IMG/VR virus record: IMGVR_UViG_3300020431_000428
Span: 1 to 39,394 of that record
Source: a virus
Taxonomy: Duplodnaviria; Caudoviricetes
Length of the DNA stretch: 39,394 nt
Reading direction: 5' to 3' (one strand)
Position 1 is the first letter of the stretch. Every line of letters begins with the position of its first letter. Positions 29,709 through 38,561 of the stretch are shown one piece after another. The notes below the pieces were generated by a model. The model was not told the DNA's origin. It did not search any database and saw only the letters and a program-made list of their open reading frames with translations. A program made the translations under genes and the position numbers.

Positions 29709-30810
29709 TCGTTGGCAAAATTTAGAAAACGTTAAAAAGTTTGAAATAGAATTATCCAGTCACTGCAACGCAAGATGTCCTCTGTGTATCAGACAGTTGC
29801 TAGGTACAGATCAAGAAAGACCTGGATTTAGAAAAGGGCATTTAACATTAAAGCAAATGGAAAGTTTTGTGTCTCAGATACCAGATCCATCCAAAGTGGT
29901 TCTATACATGGCAGGCGTAGGCGGAGATCCTATGATGAATCCAGAAGCAGTAGAAATATTCAAACTTTGCAGTGATGCAGGATTCAAAGCAGTTACAATA
30001 GACACCAACGGATCTTTAAGATCAAAAGATGTATGGAAACAATTAGGCGAAATAAGCAAAGCATCTGGTCCTAATATCGACACAAGAAAAATGCAAATCA
30101 CTTTCAGTGTTGATGGTTTAAAAGATACCAATCCTCTTTACAGAATAAGAACAGACTTTGACAAAATAATGGAAAATGCACAAACATATATTGACGCAGG
30201 TGGAATAGCAGAATGGAAGTACATCATATTCAAGCACAACGAACATCAAGTACAAGAAGCAGAACGCATGGCCAAAGATATGGGTTTTATGACATTCATA
30301 TCTGAACCATCTGTGAGACATTATGATCCAAAAGATAATTCATATGCAAGAGAAGAAGGCATGGGAGACAAAGTACCAGAAGCACCAGCAGTTACTAAAA
30401 AAGAAACAATTAGATACAATGCGGCTACAGGTGAAGTAAAAGAGATTGCTTGTAAGGTAATGGAAAAAAGCATGATGTACATAACAAACGAATTTAAAGT
30501 TTTGCCGTGTTGTTATTTTCATTCATGGCAAGTCATTGACGAGTATTTGATCAGTACAAAAGAAAATCATGAATCTGATACAGTACCGTTCTTTAAAGGA
30601 TTTAATAATGATTTAGATTCACGTCCTTTGCGTGACATAATGGAAGACCCGTGGTGGGATATGCTTATGACTAAATGGAACACTTGTGATCCACAGATTT
30701 GTGCAAACAACTGTAATCAAAAAAAATATTGGAACAAAGAGAAAAAATTTGATAGGTTATTCAAAGAAGGAGACATCAATATACCAAAATACAGGAAAGA
30801 AAATGTCTAA
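29701..30810 (+). CDS. Radical SAM protein with C-terminal twitch domain (group B)
   Basis: CNARCPLC, AGVGGDP, FSVDGLKDTNPLYR, FKHNEHQ, IAC...LPCCYF...CANNC. Confidence 0.9.
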   Translation: MSNRWQNLENVKKFEIELSSHCNARCPLCIRQLLGTDQERPGFRKGHLTLKQMESFVSQIPDPSKVVLYMAGVGGDPMMNPEAVEIFKLCSDAGFKAVTIDTNGSLRSKDVWKQLGEISKASGPNIDTRKMQITFSVDGLKDTNPLYRIRTDFDKIMENAQTYIDAGGIAEWKYIIFKHNEHQVQEAERMAKDMGFMTFISEPSVRHYDPKDNSYAREEGMGDKVPEAPAVTKKETIRYNAATGEVKEIACKVMEKSMMYITNEFKVLPCCYFHSWQVIDEYLISTKENHESDTVPFFKGFNNDLDSRPLRDIMEDPWWDMLMTKWNTCDPQICANNCNQKKYWNKEKKFDRLFKEGDINIPKYRKENV

Positions 30811-31969
30811 ACTAGTAGCAACAAAATACAAGCACAACAAACTTAAAACAATGATGATCGATTGGTATATCGGTAAGAGATGTAACTTTGCTTGTTCTTA
30901 TTGTGCTGACTTTATACACGACAACTATTCTAAGCACGTGCCTTTTGAAAAGATGAAAATCTTTGTAGATAAAATTGTTGCAAGGTACGGAACAAATATC
31001 CACTGGAGTTTGACAGGTGGCGAGCCAACACTCAATCCTGACTTCATGCAATTACTAGAATACTTGCAGGACAAAAAATATCAAATATCTGTGTGTACAA
31101 ACGGCAGTAGAACAATTGAATATATGTACAAGATGTATGAATTAGTAGACAACATCACATACAGTTTACACTTTGAACACATTACACCCAAGATAGAAGA
31201 TTTTACAGAAAAAGCATTACAGTTGGAAACGTTCAGAAGAGAGTGGAACGATAATATTCCTAAAGACAAAGAAGGCTGGGATCTAGGACAGATGCAACCC
31301 AAACAATTTATTGCACGTTTTATGGTACTGCCTGGATTCAATAAAGAGATTGCAGACATGACGGCACATTTCAAAGAGTTCGGAATACAAAAAATTGAAC
31401 ATAGAGTAATACGTCCTCAAAAAGATATGTTCGTTGCAGAAAGCAAAGTTAAAACAGACAAAGGAAATTACAAGTGGAAAACAAAACCCAGTGTTAAAGA
31501 TGTAGACACAGAAACTAAAGTTGCTCCAGACTGGTCCAATGCAAGTGACGTAACAGAGATATTCAAAAGGGAAGAACGTTGGTACAGTGAAGACGACAGA
31601 GATGTATTGCAAAAAATGTACGAAGGAGTTGCCGCGGAAAGAAAATGGTTATTAGGTTTTGTAGAGGGCGAAGACGGATCTATAAAAGAAGAGTCGTATC
31701 ACTATAACAGTTTAAACTACGAATACAAAACAAGTTTCAAAGGTTGGACTTGCTATGCAGGAGTTACATTGTTAAAAGTTGCACCCAACGGAGATATCTT
31801 TATAGGAAACTGTTTCCAAGGTGGTCCATTAGCAAACATTTATACAATGGACGACTCTGTACAATTACCTACAAAACCTGTAGTGTGTGAGAAGTTTAGA
31901 TGTACAGATCCCATGGATCTAAGACAAACAAAATACATAGATGAGAAATATAAAGGATTGGTGTTATAA
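30803..31969 (+). CDS. Radical SAM protein with C-terminal SPASM-like domain (group C)
   Basis: CNFACSYC, LTGGEPT, FKGWTC...GNC...CEKFRC. ATG 30803 follows AGGAAAG. Confidence 0.9.
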   Translation: MSKLVATKYKHNKLKTMMIDWYIGKRCNFACSYCADFIHDNYSKHVPFEKMKIFVDKIVARYGTNIHWSLTGGEPTLNPDFMQLLEYLQDKKYQISVCTNGSRTIEYMYKMYELVDNITYSLHFEHITPKIEDFTEKALQLETFRREWNDNIPKDKEGWDLGQMQPKQFIARFMVLPGFNKEIADMTAHFKEFGIQKIEHRVIRPQKDMFVAESKVKTDKGNYKWKTKPSVKDVDTETKVAPDWSNASDVTEIFKREERWYSEDDRDVLQKMYEGVAAERKWLLGFVEGEDGSIKEESYHYNSLNYEYKTSFKGWTCYAGVTLLKVAPNGDIFIGNCFQGGPLANIYTMDDSVQLPTKPVVCEKFRCTDPMDLRQTKYIDEKYKGLVL

Positions 31970-33078
31970 TGGATCTTAAATGGAGCAATTACGACTTTAC
32001 AAAAATTCCTTACAACGATCTTGTATCTGTTGGACAGCGAACGTTACTATACAGAGACTTGTTTACTGTGAGTTGGTTGCTAGGTAGATTTTGTAATTAC
32101 AGATGTTCTTACTGTTGGCCGTATGCAAGGTCAGATAAAAAAGATCACAGACCGACTGCACTATGTTTATCAACTATCGATGAAATTAAAAAACAAGCAA
32201 GACAAAACGGATTCAACAGTTTTCATTTCAGTTTGTCTGGCGGAGAGCCTACTTTTCATCCAGGATATCTTGATATTCTAAAATATCTTGCTGATGATGT
32301 TCCTAATACAAATTATACTTCCATACACATGACAAGCAACTGTTCACGACCTTTTAAATGGTTTCAAACGTATGTAGAGTATGCAAAACCTTTTCACAGA
32401 GCATCAATTACAGCAAGTCTACACACAGAACACGTAAACACAAAAGAAAAAATGCAAGACCTAGCAGACAAGTTAATATTATGCCAGGAGCATGATGTAC
32501 AAGTAACAATTAATATGGTTATGGTTCCAGATGCATTTGATGAATATTACGACAATGCATTATTTTTCCATGAGCAAGGGATCAATGTAACTCTTAAACC
32601 ACAGTCAGATCCTACAGCAAGTAAAGTTGTAGATGGTTATTCTAAAGAAATGTTAGACAAGTTATATAACGGAATGCCACAAAGAGCATATACAGAAGCA
32701 AAACGTAAGTATGTCGAAAGACCAAAACCAAGATTTGCCATGCCACAAGACACAGAAGAACAAAACGATAAAAGTGTGCCAGCACATTTTCAAGTAGAGT
32801 TCAAAGACTCACATGGTAAAAAATGGTACATGGACCAAGCAGAACGTTTCAATGCATTTAACTTTAATAAATTTAAAGGTTGGTTATGCAACTCCGGATA
32901 TCAAGGTATTATCATAAGAGAGCCTGATGGTAGTATCAAACGTAGTTACAGTTGTCGAGACGTACCTTTAGGTAATATAGAAACAGGATTTAAATTATTC
33001 AGTGCACCGATGCCTTGTATGACTGACTCATGTGTATCAAGTGCTGATTCAAAAATACCAAAAAGAAAGGTATTATAA
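31969..33078 (+). CDS. Radical SAM protein with C-terminal SPASM-like domain (group C)
   Basis: CNYRCSYC, LSGGEPT, FKGWLC...SC...CMTDSC. Confidence 0.9.
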   Translation: MDLKWSNYDFTKIPYNDLVSVGQRTLLYRDLFTVSWLLGRFCNYRCSYCWPYARSDKKDHRPTALCLSTIDEIKKQARQNGFNSFHFSLSGGEPTFHPGYLDILKYLADDVPNTNYTSIHMTSNCSRPFKWFQTYVEYAKPFHRASITASLHTEHVNTKEKMQDLADKLILCQEHDVQVTINMVMVPDAFDEYYDNALFFHEQGINVTLKPQSDPTASKVVDGYSKEMLDKLYNGMPQRAYTEAKRKYVERPKPRFAMPQDTEEQNDKSVPAHFQVEFKDSHGKKWYMDQAERFNAFNFNKFKGWLCNSGYQGIIIREPDGSIKRSYSCRDVPLGNIETGFKLFSAPMPCMTDSCVSSADSKIPKRKVL

Positions 33079-33126
33079 TGAAACATTATATTGTACAATG
33101 TTTTAAACACAACAGAAGGAAAAAAA

Positions 33127-33321
33127 ATGGCGAAAGATAACGACGACGGAAAACTAGAACTTTCATTAAGAGTACTAGGCAACGAACTTATAGGAATTAA
33201 AATGGTTGTTGATGACTTTAAAATGAAATGGTTAGCAATAGGTGTAGTAACCCTTATTGCAACTGGTTGGGCAATAAGCACATTTGGTCCACTGGTAATG
33301 GCAACTTTTGAGAAAATATAA
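33127..33321 (+). CDS. Small single-pass membrane protein
   Basis: ATG 33127 follows GAAGGA; hydrophobic C-terminal stretch WLAIGVVTLIATGWAI. Confidence 0.65.
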   Translation: MAKDNDDGKLELSLRVLGNELIGIKMVVDDFKMKWLAIGVVTLIATGWAISTFGPLVMATFEKI

Positions 33322-33331
33322 AGGAGAACAA

Positions 33332-33436
33332 ATGATTAATTGGATAAAGAATCTAATTGCAAAACTGAAATCAGAAATTGCATATAGAAAACGTATCAAA
33401 GAATTAAAGAAAAAAGATCCGTTCATATACAAATAG
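33332..33436 (+). CDS. Small basic peptide, 34 aa (absent from the ORF track)
   Basis: AAGGAG RBS; MINWIKNLIAKLKSEIAYRKRIKELKKKDPFIYK. Confidence 0.7.
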   Translation: MINWIKNLIAKLKSEIAYRKRIKELKKKDPFIYK

Positions 33437-33447
33437 AAACAAAATAA

Positions 33448-33633
33448 ATGTGGAACAAAAAAAGAATATTAAAAACCATTAGTTGGCAACTACTAGGTCT
33501 TGCTTGGTTTATGAGTTATGCTTTTGTTGTTGGTGGTGATCTGTGGTACACATTTGGATTATCATTAGCAAGTATTCCTGCAGGTAGTATAATGTATTAT
33601 GGGCACGAATGGTTATGGGAAAAAATTAAATGA
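33448..33633 (+). CDS. Small membrane protein, DUF2061-like
   Basis: RILKTISWQ...YYGHEWLWEKI pattern with two hydrophobic helices. Confidence 0.6.
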   Translation: MWNKKRILKTISWQLLGLAWFMSYAFVVGGDLWYTFGLSLASIPAGSIMYYGHEWLWEKIK

Positions 33634-34016
33634 TGAGAGAAGATTTAATGGTACAGCAACAAGTCAAAAGTAAATGGCAACACATGGTTGGGGTCATTTG
33701 TCTGAATCAAACATATAGAAAACAAGTAAAAGAAGTATTGCCAAAGTTGTTCAAGAGATATCCAACTTCTGAAGCATACCTGCGTGGCAGATTAAAAACA
33801 CAAGAAAATATGTTAAAGCCTTTGGGTATGTGGAGTGTGAGAGCAAAAAGATTAAGACAAATGAGCAAAGAGTATCTCACATGGGATGGCAAAGAAGCAT
33901 CTGACTTATATGGTATAGGCAAGTACGGCAGTGACAGTTATAAAATATTTTATAAGAATGAAATACCCGATGATGTCCAAGACAAAGAATTAAAAAGGTA
34001 CGTGGAACAGTTATGA
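33630..34016 (+). CDS. HhH-GPD DNA glycosylase, MBD4-like
   Basis: ICLNQT, LKPLGM..RAKRL, helix-hairpin-helix LYGIGKYGSDSY, conserved Asp in DKELKRY. Confidence 0.8.
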   Translation: MMREDLMVQQQVKSKWQHMVGVICLNQTYRKQVKEVLPKLFKRYPTSEAYLRGRLKTQENMLKPLGMWSVRAKRLRQMSKEYLTWDGKEASDLYGIGKYGSDSYKIFYKNEIPDDVQDKELKRYVEQL

Positions 34017-35488
34017 GAATTTTAGGAATAAATTGCATGAATCATGATGCCGCTATGGCAGTGGTAGACATACAAGGTGGCGGAGATATATTATGGGCCG
34101 CACACGCAGAACGTTACTCCAAAGTGAAGAATGATCACTACCTGAATCAAGAAATAGTCAATGAAGCAATGACGTATGGTCCTTTTGACAAAGTGGTATA
34201 TTATGAAAAACCTTTGTTGAAAAAGACCAGACAACTGTACGCAGGACAGTACGGACCTGCATTATCTTATACAGAAATGCCTCACAGACATTGTGCCATG
34301 TTTGGAATAAAAATAGATGAATGTGTTCTCCATCATGACTCACACGCCGCGGCAGGATATTTTACATCACCATTCAACGAAGCAGTAATATTAACAGTGG
34401 ACGCAATAGGCGAATGGGACACAGTATCAATATCTACAGCAGTAGGAAATAAAATTGAAAGAAAAGAAACAATACGGTATCCTCACAGTTTGGGAATATT
34501 ATATTCAGCATTCACACAACGTTGTGGACTAAAGCCTGCTGAAGAAGAATACATCCTAATGGGAATGGCCGCATATGGTGAACCCAAATACAAAGACGAT
34601 ATCTATGAAGACTTTGTGCAACAGTCACCGTTCAAACTTAAGAAGAACCTACACAGGGGATTGGGAGAGTGGCATCCTGAAGCAGACGTAATGGACATTG
34701 CCGCAAGTATCCAAGAAGTAACAGTTGAATGCTTGGCAGGACTTTGGCACAAGGCATCGCAATATGCTCCCATGGGCAAACCAAAAAATTTAGTGTATGC
34801 CGGCGGAGTAGCACTTAACTGTGCGGCCAACAGTTCTTTGGCCAACATGGCATTGTTTGACAACATATGGATAATACCAAATCCAGGAGATGCAGGCAGT
34901 TCATTAGGTTGTATTGCCGCCGCAGAAAAACAACACCTAGATTGGAACAATCCGTTCTTGGGATACAACATAGAGGGAGAGTATCCAGTAGATGCAATCA
35001 TAAAAGAATTAACAGAAAATAAAATGTGTGGTGTAGCAAGTGGCCGAACAGAGTTTGGTCCTAGAGCACTTGGTAATAGATCACTGTTGGCAGATCCAAG
35101 AGGACCAGAGATCAAAGATTTGGTAAACGGAATCAAGAAGAGACAGAAGTTTAGACCGTTTGCTCCAGCAATATTAGAGGAAGATGTGCATGAGTACTTT
35201 ACCCTGCCTAAAGGTGTTCAAAACACCCCTTATATGCAATTTACAGCGCCTTGTACGCATGGTAAAGCCTTTCCTGCCATAATACATCATGATAATACAA
35301 GTCGTGTGCAAACCGTCTCTAAAAGCGATAATCCGGGGTTCTACGAACTGCTAAAAGAGTGGAAATACAAGACAGGTTGCCCTATACTTTTAAACACCAG
35401 TTTGAACATTAAAGGACAACCAATAGTAAATGATGTCAAAGATGGTAAAGCATTTGAGCAGAAATACGGAGTAAGAGTTCTGTCATGA
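34013..35488 (+). CDS. O-carbamoyltransferase, NodU/CmcH/TobZ family
   Basis: HDAA, ERYSKVK, HHDSHAA, DAIGE, MGMAAYG, GGVALNC, GDAG, EFGPRALGNRS, RPFAP, LNTSLN. Confidence 0.95.
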   Translation: MRILGINCMNHDAAMAVVDIQGGGDILWAAHAERYSKVKNDHYLNQEIVNEAMTYGPFDKVVYYEKPLLKKTRQLYAGQYGPALSYTEMPHRHCAMFGIKIDECVLHHDSHAAAGYFTSPFNEAVILTVDAIGEWDTVSISTAVGNKIERKETIRYPHSLGILYSAFTQRCGLKPAEEEYILMGMAAYGEPKYKDDIYEDFVQQSPFKLKKNLHRGLGEWHPEADVMDIAASIQEVTVECLAGLWHKASQYAPMGKPKNLVYAGGVALNCAANSSLANMALFDNIWIIPNPGDAGSSLGCIAAAEKQHLDWNNPFLGYNIEGEYPVDAIIKELTENKMCGVASGRTEFGPRALGNRSLLADPRGPEIKDLVNGIKKRQKFRPFAPAILEEDVHEYFTLPKGVQNTPYMQFTAPCTHGKAFPAIIHHDNTSRVQTVSKSDNPGFYELLKEWKYKTGCPILLNTSLNIKGQPIVNDVKDGKAFEQKYGVRVLS

Positions 35489-36207
35489 GAATACTGCTAA
35501 CAGGTCATAAAGGTTTTATTGGTTCAAACTTACTACCAAAATTACAAGACCACGATGTGACCACCATTGATGTTCTAGACGGAAAGGATCTCCAAAGTTG
35601 TGATTTACCAGAAGACATAGATTGTGTAATTCATCTAGCAGGAAGATCAGGGGTACGCGATAGCATAAAAAATCCAAACGCATATTTTCAAAATAACGTT
35701 TTAGGGAGTTTACGCATATTTGAAAAATATAAAAACGCAAGGGTAATTTACGCAAGTTCTAGCACAGCCGCAGAACCAGACAGGAACCCATATGCATATT
35801 CTAAAATGACTATGGAAAAACTTGCTCCTGAAAATAGTGTCGGGTTACGATTTACAACAGTATACGGACCTAAGGCAAGAGAGTTTATGTTTATACCAAA
35901 ATTATTAAATCGAGATGTACGTTATGTTAATACTAATCATACAAGAGATTTTATCCATGTTGATGATATATGCAGAGCAATAATAAAAGTCATGGGTAGC
36001 GATATAGTAGGAGTAATGGACGTAGGCACAGGAGAAACAAATTCGTTAATCGACATTGTAAATCATGTTGGTTTGAAAAATGTAGAACACAAAGTTGGCG
36101 ACGAACACGAAAGACTAGATAACCAAGCAGACATAAAACCATTAATGAGTATAGGATGGAAACCTACAATTAAATTGTTTGATTATTTAGACAAGCATTA
36201 TGGATAA
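35485..36207 (+). CDS. NAD-dependent nucleotide-sugar epimerase/dehydratase
   Basis: TGHKGFIGS, HLAG, YASSS, YAYSK, RFTTVYGP, RDFIHVDD. Confidence 0.9.
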   Translation: MRILLTGHKGFIGSNLLPKLQDHDVTTIDVLDGKDLQSCDLPEDIDCVIHLAGRSGVRDSIKNPNAYFQNNVLGSLRIFEKYKNARVIYASSSTAAEPDRNPYAYSKMTMEKLAPENSVGLRFTTVYGPKAREFMFIPKLLNRDVRYVNTNHTRDFIHVDDICRAIIKVMGSDIVGVMDVGTGETNSLIDIVNHVGLKNVEHKVGDEHERLDNQADIKPLMSIGWKPTIKLFDYLDKHYG

Positions 36208-36823
36208 CACACTTCATACACCATTTGGTCCAATACTAATGAAGGGAGTTATGTCAGACGAATTGCATACTGCACTATTAACAAAATCTAATAATAGTAG
36301 AAACAAAGACAATGACTTTAGGCATGGTCTAGCAGGAAACATAGCAGAAGAATACAAATTAGATTTTTCTGAAGAAGAGAAAGAAATAGTTCATGCACAA
36401 TTATTAGATCTTGCACAAACATATATGTTACAAGCAAAAAAAGAAAAAAGAATTAAAAAATTTGGAAGACCTAGAATAAAAGATTTAAAAATAGTTGAAC
36501 CTATTTGGGTAAACTATATGAAAGCAGGAGAATGGAATCCAAGTCATTTTCATGCAGGACTTATATCTTGTGTAGCATATCTTTCTGTACCAGAAGAGAT
36601 AGAAATAGAAAATGTTGAATCTGAGCATTCTAAGAAAAGTAATATTCCTAGTGCAGGAAGAATACAATGGACATATGGTGAAAGCATTCAATTTTCTGAA
36701 ACTTATTTTACCCAAGTTCCAAAAGACAAAGATATTTGGTTCTTTCCAGCAGAACTAAAACATTATGTTTATCCGTTTAAATCAGATGTTGAACGTGTAT
36801 CTATTAGTTGTAATTTTAAGTAA
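36200..36823 (+). CDS. 2OG-Fe(II) oxygenase superfamily protein
   Basis: WVN...NPSHFH...SCVAYL...FPAELKHYVYP...RVSISCN. Confidence 0.8.
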   Translation: MDNTLHTPFGPILMKGVMSDELHTALLTKSNNSRNKDNDFRHGLAGNIAEEYKLDFSEEEKEIVHAQLLDLAQTYMLQAKKEKRIKKFGRPRIKDLKIVEPIWVNYMKAGEWNPSHFHAGLISCVAYLSVPEEIEIENVESEHSKKSNIPSAGRIQWTYGESIQFSETYFTQVPKDKDIWFFPAELKHYVYPFKSDVERVSISCNFK

Positions 36824-37163
36824 AAGACTTTTTTAATATACTAGATGTTTTCGCTTGAACATCTATTTTCAATTTAGGAATATCAAATTTAATATTAACT
36901 TTATCTATTTGATGATAATGCTTATCTAGTGCATCGGTAATTAAAGTTGCTACTTTTTTAGAATCTTTAATTTTTAATTCTTTTTCAATATCGTATCTCA
37001 ACGATACAGAACTCTTTAACTGAATATTAATCCATTTAACATATACTATGGGTAGGTTTGAAAAATTAATACCGTCAAGTACCTCTGGCCACTCCTTAAC
37101 AAAATCTTGTGTAAGAGTGACCCAGGTATGTTTACGTTTTCTTTTTGGAACTTTTTTTGGCAT
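36816..37163 (-). CDS. Hypothetical protein
   Basis: 115 aa; its 3' end overlaps that of the convergent + strand oxygenase gene. Confidence 0.7.
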   Translation of the reverse strand: MPKKVPKRKRKHTWVTLTQDFVKEWPEVLDGINFSNLPIVYVKWINIQLKSSVSLRYDIEKELKIKDSKKVATLITDALDKHYHQIDKVNIKFDIPKLKIDVQAKTSSILKKSFT

Positions 37164-37668
37164 CTTTGATAACTTTTTTATTTGTATCCTCTGCTTTTGA
37201 GGTATCTACTATTGCTAACTCGCTAACTTTGACGCCTTTGTCTTTCGCAATTAAGTTGTTTAGTTTCTCAAGTGATATTTTACCGTCATCACCAAGACCG
37301 TATGTTACCATAATTGCAGTTGTTGACTGCTTCTTAAGATAGTTTCCACTATGAAGCATCTCTAACATATTCTCGCCATTAGGAAAAGTTTGTCTTCCTA
37401 TGTAGGTACCAAATTCGTTTTCTGCTTGGCCACCTTCTGACTCAACCGCTTTCATTAATGCTTCATTGTATACATCGGGTAAAAATTTCGGTGCTACAAC
37501 CAAGCAACTTTCGGAATCGTTTGGCAAAGTTCTAAAAACAATAACAACAGGTGTTGAAGTTTCTTTAAACTCACCCATGTGTTTCATTCTAGTTTTCTTT
37601 GCTTGAATGTCCGCGGAGGTAGTTCCTGCATCCATAACCGCTTTATCGTGAAGTCCTGCTATTGCCAT
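37132..37668 (-). CDS. Hypothetical phage protein
   Basis: AGGAG RBS; 178 aa (KHMG...VFRTLP...CLVV...ESEGGQ). Confidence 0.75.
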   Translation of the reverse strand: MAIAGLHDKAVMDAGTTSADIQAKKTRMKHMGEFKETSTPVVIVFRTLPNDSESCLVVAPKFLPDVYNEALMKAVESEGGQAENEFGTYIGRQTFPNGENMLEMLHSGNYLKKQSTTAIMVTYGLGDDGKISLEKLNNLIAKDKGVKVSELAIVDTSKAEDTNKKVIKDAKKSSKKKT

Positions 37669-37679
37669 GGTTTATCTCC

Positions 37680-37985
37680 TTATCCTTGTGTGTCAGGTGC
37701 CGGAGGAGTTGCTGGTGCTCCTTCTTCGCCTTCTTGTTTAGGCGGAGCCACTTTAGCCAAAAAGGCTTGAAGTTTATTATAAACTGCTCCTACCATTGCC
37801 ATTTCATTGGCTCTAAATGCACCTCTTGTTGAAGCAACATCTATTACTGTTGAAAGGTTTCTTAAATCTCCAATACTCAAATCATTTTGAGGCGCTTGTC
37901 CTTCTGGACCTGGAGCCGCAGTACCGGAAGCATTTGCTGGTGCTTCTGTTTCTACTTTCGCTTTTTTCTTTGTTTTTGCTACCAT
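37680..37985 (-). CDS. Hypothetical phage protein
   Basis: AGGAG RBS; helical core DLRNLSTVIDVASTRGAFRANEM...VG..YNKL flanked by Pro/Ala-rich tails. Confidence 0.8.
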   Translation of the reverse strand: MVAKTKKKAKVETEAPANASGTAAPGPEGQAPQNDLSIGDLRNLSTVIDVASTRGAFRANEMAMVGAVYNKLQAFLAKVAPPKQEGEEGAPATPPAPDTQG

Positions 37986-38018
37986 TTATTTTTCTCCTAT
38001 TTGCAAATAGTTTCTATT

Positions 38019-38047
38019 ATTGTAACAAATAATAGTTATATTTGCAA
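38019..38047 (-). promoter_or_regulatory. Sigma70-type promoter TTGCAA-N17-TACAAT with extended -10 (TGn)
   Basis: On the - strand, -35 at 38047-38042 and -10 at 38024-38019, preceded by TGT; lies upstream of ATG 37985. Confidence 0.65.
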
Positions 38048-38070
38048 GTTTTATTATCGAAAGATTGTGA

Positions 38071-38313
38071 TTATTTTGGTAATTTGTTTTTGATAAAATC
38101 CCAAGAAAGGGCACTCTTTACCAATTGTTTATCTATAGATTTTTCAAAAGCATAAAAGGCACCTGTAGAATAGAACCAACCTTTTGACCTTTCGACCAAA
38201 ACTTTATCAATTAACTCTAATAGTTCTTTCTCTAATACATCTTCTATATCTAGTACATAGAAATCGCTTTTAAGTTTAAAAAATTGTTTTGTTGTTAATT
38301 GTTTAGATGGCAT
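38071..38313 (-). CDS. Hypothetical protein
   Basis: 80 aa; coupled by TAATG to the upstream gene. Confidence 0.65.
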   Translation of the reverse strand: MPSKQLTTKQFFKLKSDFYVLDIEDVLEKELLELIDKVLVERSKGWFYSTGAFYAFEKSIDKQLVKSALSWDFIKNKLPK

Positions 38314-38561
38314 TAGTTAATCCAATCACTTGCTAAACCAACAATATATATTACTGTAAGTCCTGCATTTAAAACAATCAAGGATTTTTCTTTCCATAAT
38401 ATGCCTATTACTACCCAACCTAAGTTTGATACTGTGAATGCATAACTGTACCAAGGGTACATATTAAACGCCGCCATTGTTGCGGCTCCTATTAAGGTTG
38501 CAGTAAAAAACCATGCCAACGGCTGATATGGTTTAACTTGTATTTCTGTGTTAGATGGCAT
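38313..38561 (-). CDS. Small multi-pass membrane protein
   Basis: Three hydrophobic segments (PLAWFFTATLIGAATMAAF; LGWVVIGILW; LIVLNAGLTVIYIVGL). Confidence 0.75.
   Translation of the reverse strand: MPSNTEIQVKPYQPLAWFFTATLIGAATMAAFNMYPWYSYAFTVSNLGWVVIGILWKEKSLIVLNAGLTVIYIVGLASDWIN

Noticed and set aside
11736-33078. Naming the radical SAMs moaA, pqqE, queE, nrdG or viperin
   Set aside because: Only generic motifs are shared and the partner genes of those pathways are absent.
34603-35136. 177-aa antisense ORF and the other short antisense ORFs in the track
   Set aside because: They lie wholly opposite well-supported genes, with no recognisable RBS or motifs.
8532-36823. Bacterial LPS/capsule island rather than phage DNA
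   Set aside because: No wzx/wzy/ABC export or chain-length genes; contiguous with tail-fibre genes, late-promoter motifs and phage-style small ORFs.
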